Source: an uncultured virus (IMG/VR IMGVR_UViG_3300030106_005234)
Taxonomy: Duplodnaviria > Heunggongvirae > Uroviricota > Caudoviricetes
Direction: 5' to 3' (one strand)
Virus record (IMG/VR): IMGVR_UViG_3300030106_005234
DNA: 64,000 bases
This document shows, in pieces, positions 63,701 to 64,000 of the stretch (within the stretch, counting starts at the first letter, position 1; every line of letters starts with the position of its first letter). Position numbers and translations under genes: made by a program. The notes below the pieces were generated by a model. The model searched no databases. It was not told where the DNA came from and saw only the letters and a program-made list of their open reading frames with translations.

Positions 63701-64000
63701 AGATGGCGCTGTCGGCCTCTCGCTCTTCTTGATATAGTTGTTGTCTCTTGGGCCTTAATACTTCTTCGTAATACTGGCTACGTTGATCTTCTGGCAGTGA
63801 TCTTAGTATCTCCTCTGCTTCTTCGTTGAGCTGTTCTATCTCTTTCCTCACGCCTTCAATGGCACCAGTGCCGCCTTGCCTTTCTTTAAATTTGCCCTTG
63901 CCAAGCCAGTTGTTTGCAAATTCTTTGTTTGGAGTCAGGAAAACAAGCCCGTCATCATAACCGGGCACGAACTCATCGATGTCTTGCTTGCTGGCGTGGT
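60681..64000 (-). CDS. Polyvalent-type protein with two ART-like domains (5' end outside window)
   Basis: Frame stays open to the window edge (HASKQDIDEFVPG); second domain LYHGST...GKGTYFT...IYPVFV...GYKGV...IRSINAKFDP. Confidence 0.72.
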   Translation of the reverse strand, partial: HASKQDIDEFVPGYDDGLVFLTPNKEFANNWLGKGKFKERQGGTGAIEGVRKEIEQLNEEAEEILRSLPEDQRSQYYEEVLRPKRQQLYQEEREADSAIYPVVTRAKKPFVPHKDYEVLEELFGKERMDSPFSQDLPQLRDGYKSGNYLLYENPEVVRFLKTKGYDSMFLKESTATKADIESPEYSTFAVFEPSDIRSIYAEFEDLDSPDLLKAEGGQIRKFARGGGIADLIIKGDFDPRFDPRKREQEMLRNLEAEIIGSNYTRPMPRLALSELEGEDFVTSMTDRTRAGGDVKSINRVELVDPIYLPGGQDFMFNNPSAVWSSAEKPSREILQLARDLKSKSGKDPLYIPWRMAPTGGDFSTTTGELMLGYAAANMTKTTKKALDKAIRSYETTGKMVKGKRVGAGRKIEGWKGIDDPSSVEVWRNTPDSVRKELMNMMDVEFRNKGGLSIGAARLINADPTQLTARDAGIQNVGRIFADIDIFESDHPSYPYAVPGTGLGVLRKAGAATAFDLLPEARFGKAQKKVKDPASPTKKEIRALQMKPYGGTITEDILRRMEARGVDVNSITGMTGGALTFTLLSAGLVTPQEVEAGALKQFAEQMLKADRMDMDTDQILYHGSTFNITEFAPSLYADNDFGKGTYFTVSPSDASRNYAGKGPDLAVRISDLAEKIEESLKGDSMLKAQLNPEFWDKIGDPKVVAKIKGLVDKFYKKRDLNALTTAVELAATTILKGPNDGVIYPVFVNNKDFAVIGGKNKTVIKIDRDQYYESAREEINRSDFESDNDYEDAVFEYANELENTDYESQTAELAYSLRKAGAREEAVDDVIESVMEDGQIDFTTINDIVRGYLNPDFETGEYLSNGQIMQDVLVDLGYKGVVDNTAGEKFAGMGAGKMHTIVFPGNENLIRSINAKFDPAQKDSANILASAPPVLIPAGVGVGAATMTPETQAKVKEMKKNLAGVEAGLDALSAMYSPAVGGAAGFGSYTTDLPRRLAAKLYGADRDTLDMMDELSAARARAVKQKVTEALDYEPSTPEGREMSRKAQEGIAQLTRPIVEAVQPQLPMARAFLRTLPGYEAGKYLYEDIFGESEREAIKSAMDVAL

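Noticed and set aside
53719..64000. Direct terminal repeat or circular-assembly overlap
   Set aside because: The copies differ substantially in sequence and gene content.
1..64000. tRNA genes, att site with host junction, or alternative genetic code
   Set aside because: No cloverleaf or host genes recognised by eye (tRNAscan not run); core genes are intact in the standard code.

Overview
The window is tailed dsDNA phage sequence. Its gene content and order resemble uncultured marine podovirus-like phages; the host cannot be determined from sequence, but sigma70-type promoters and IHF-consensus sites suggest a proteobacterium. Read mostly on the minus strand it holds a near-complete gene set: tail fibre, lysis genes, terminase large subunit, portal, GroES, scaffold, capsid, tail and internal virion proteins, 2OG-Fe(II) oxygenase, RecE-like nuclease and SSB, primase-helicase, terminase small subunit and a junction resolvase. 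The tail fibre / serine recombinase / early gene / ART-like polyvalent protein block occurs twice, about 52.2 kb apart, as clearly divergent versions. The simplest reading is two related phage genomes joined in one scaffold, which has an N gap at 16870-16962. The most interesting signals are non-coding. (1) A candidate ~140-nt sRNA bounded by a promoter and a terminator (about 11766-11904) has a loop exactly complementary to the AACCGGAGA ribosome-binding motif shared by at least five early-type genes. (2) A ~410-nt array of 36/40-nt hairpin units displays GGA in its loops, like a CsrB/RsmZ sponge (42019-42474). (3) Nine sigma70-like promoters carry GACACG in the spacer. All product calls come from motif recognition by eye; no database search was run.
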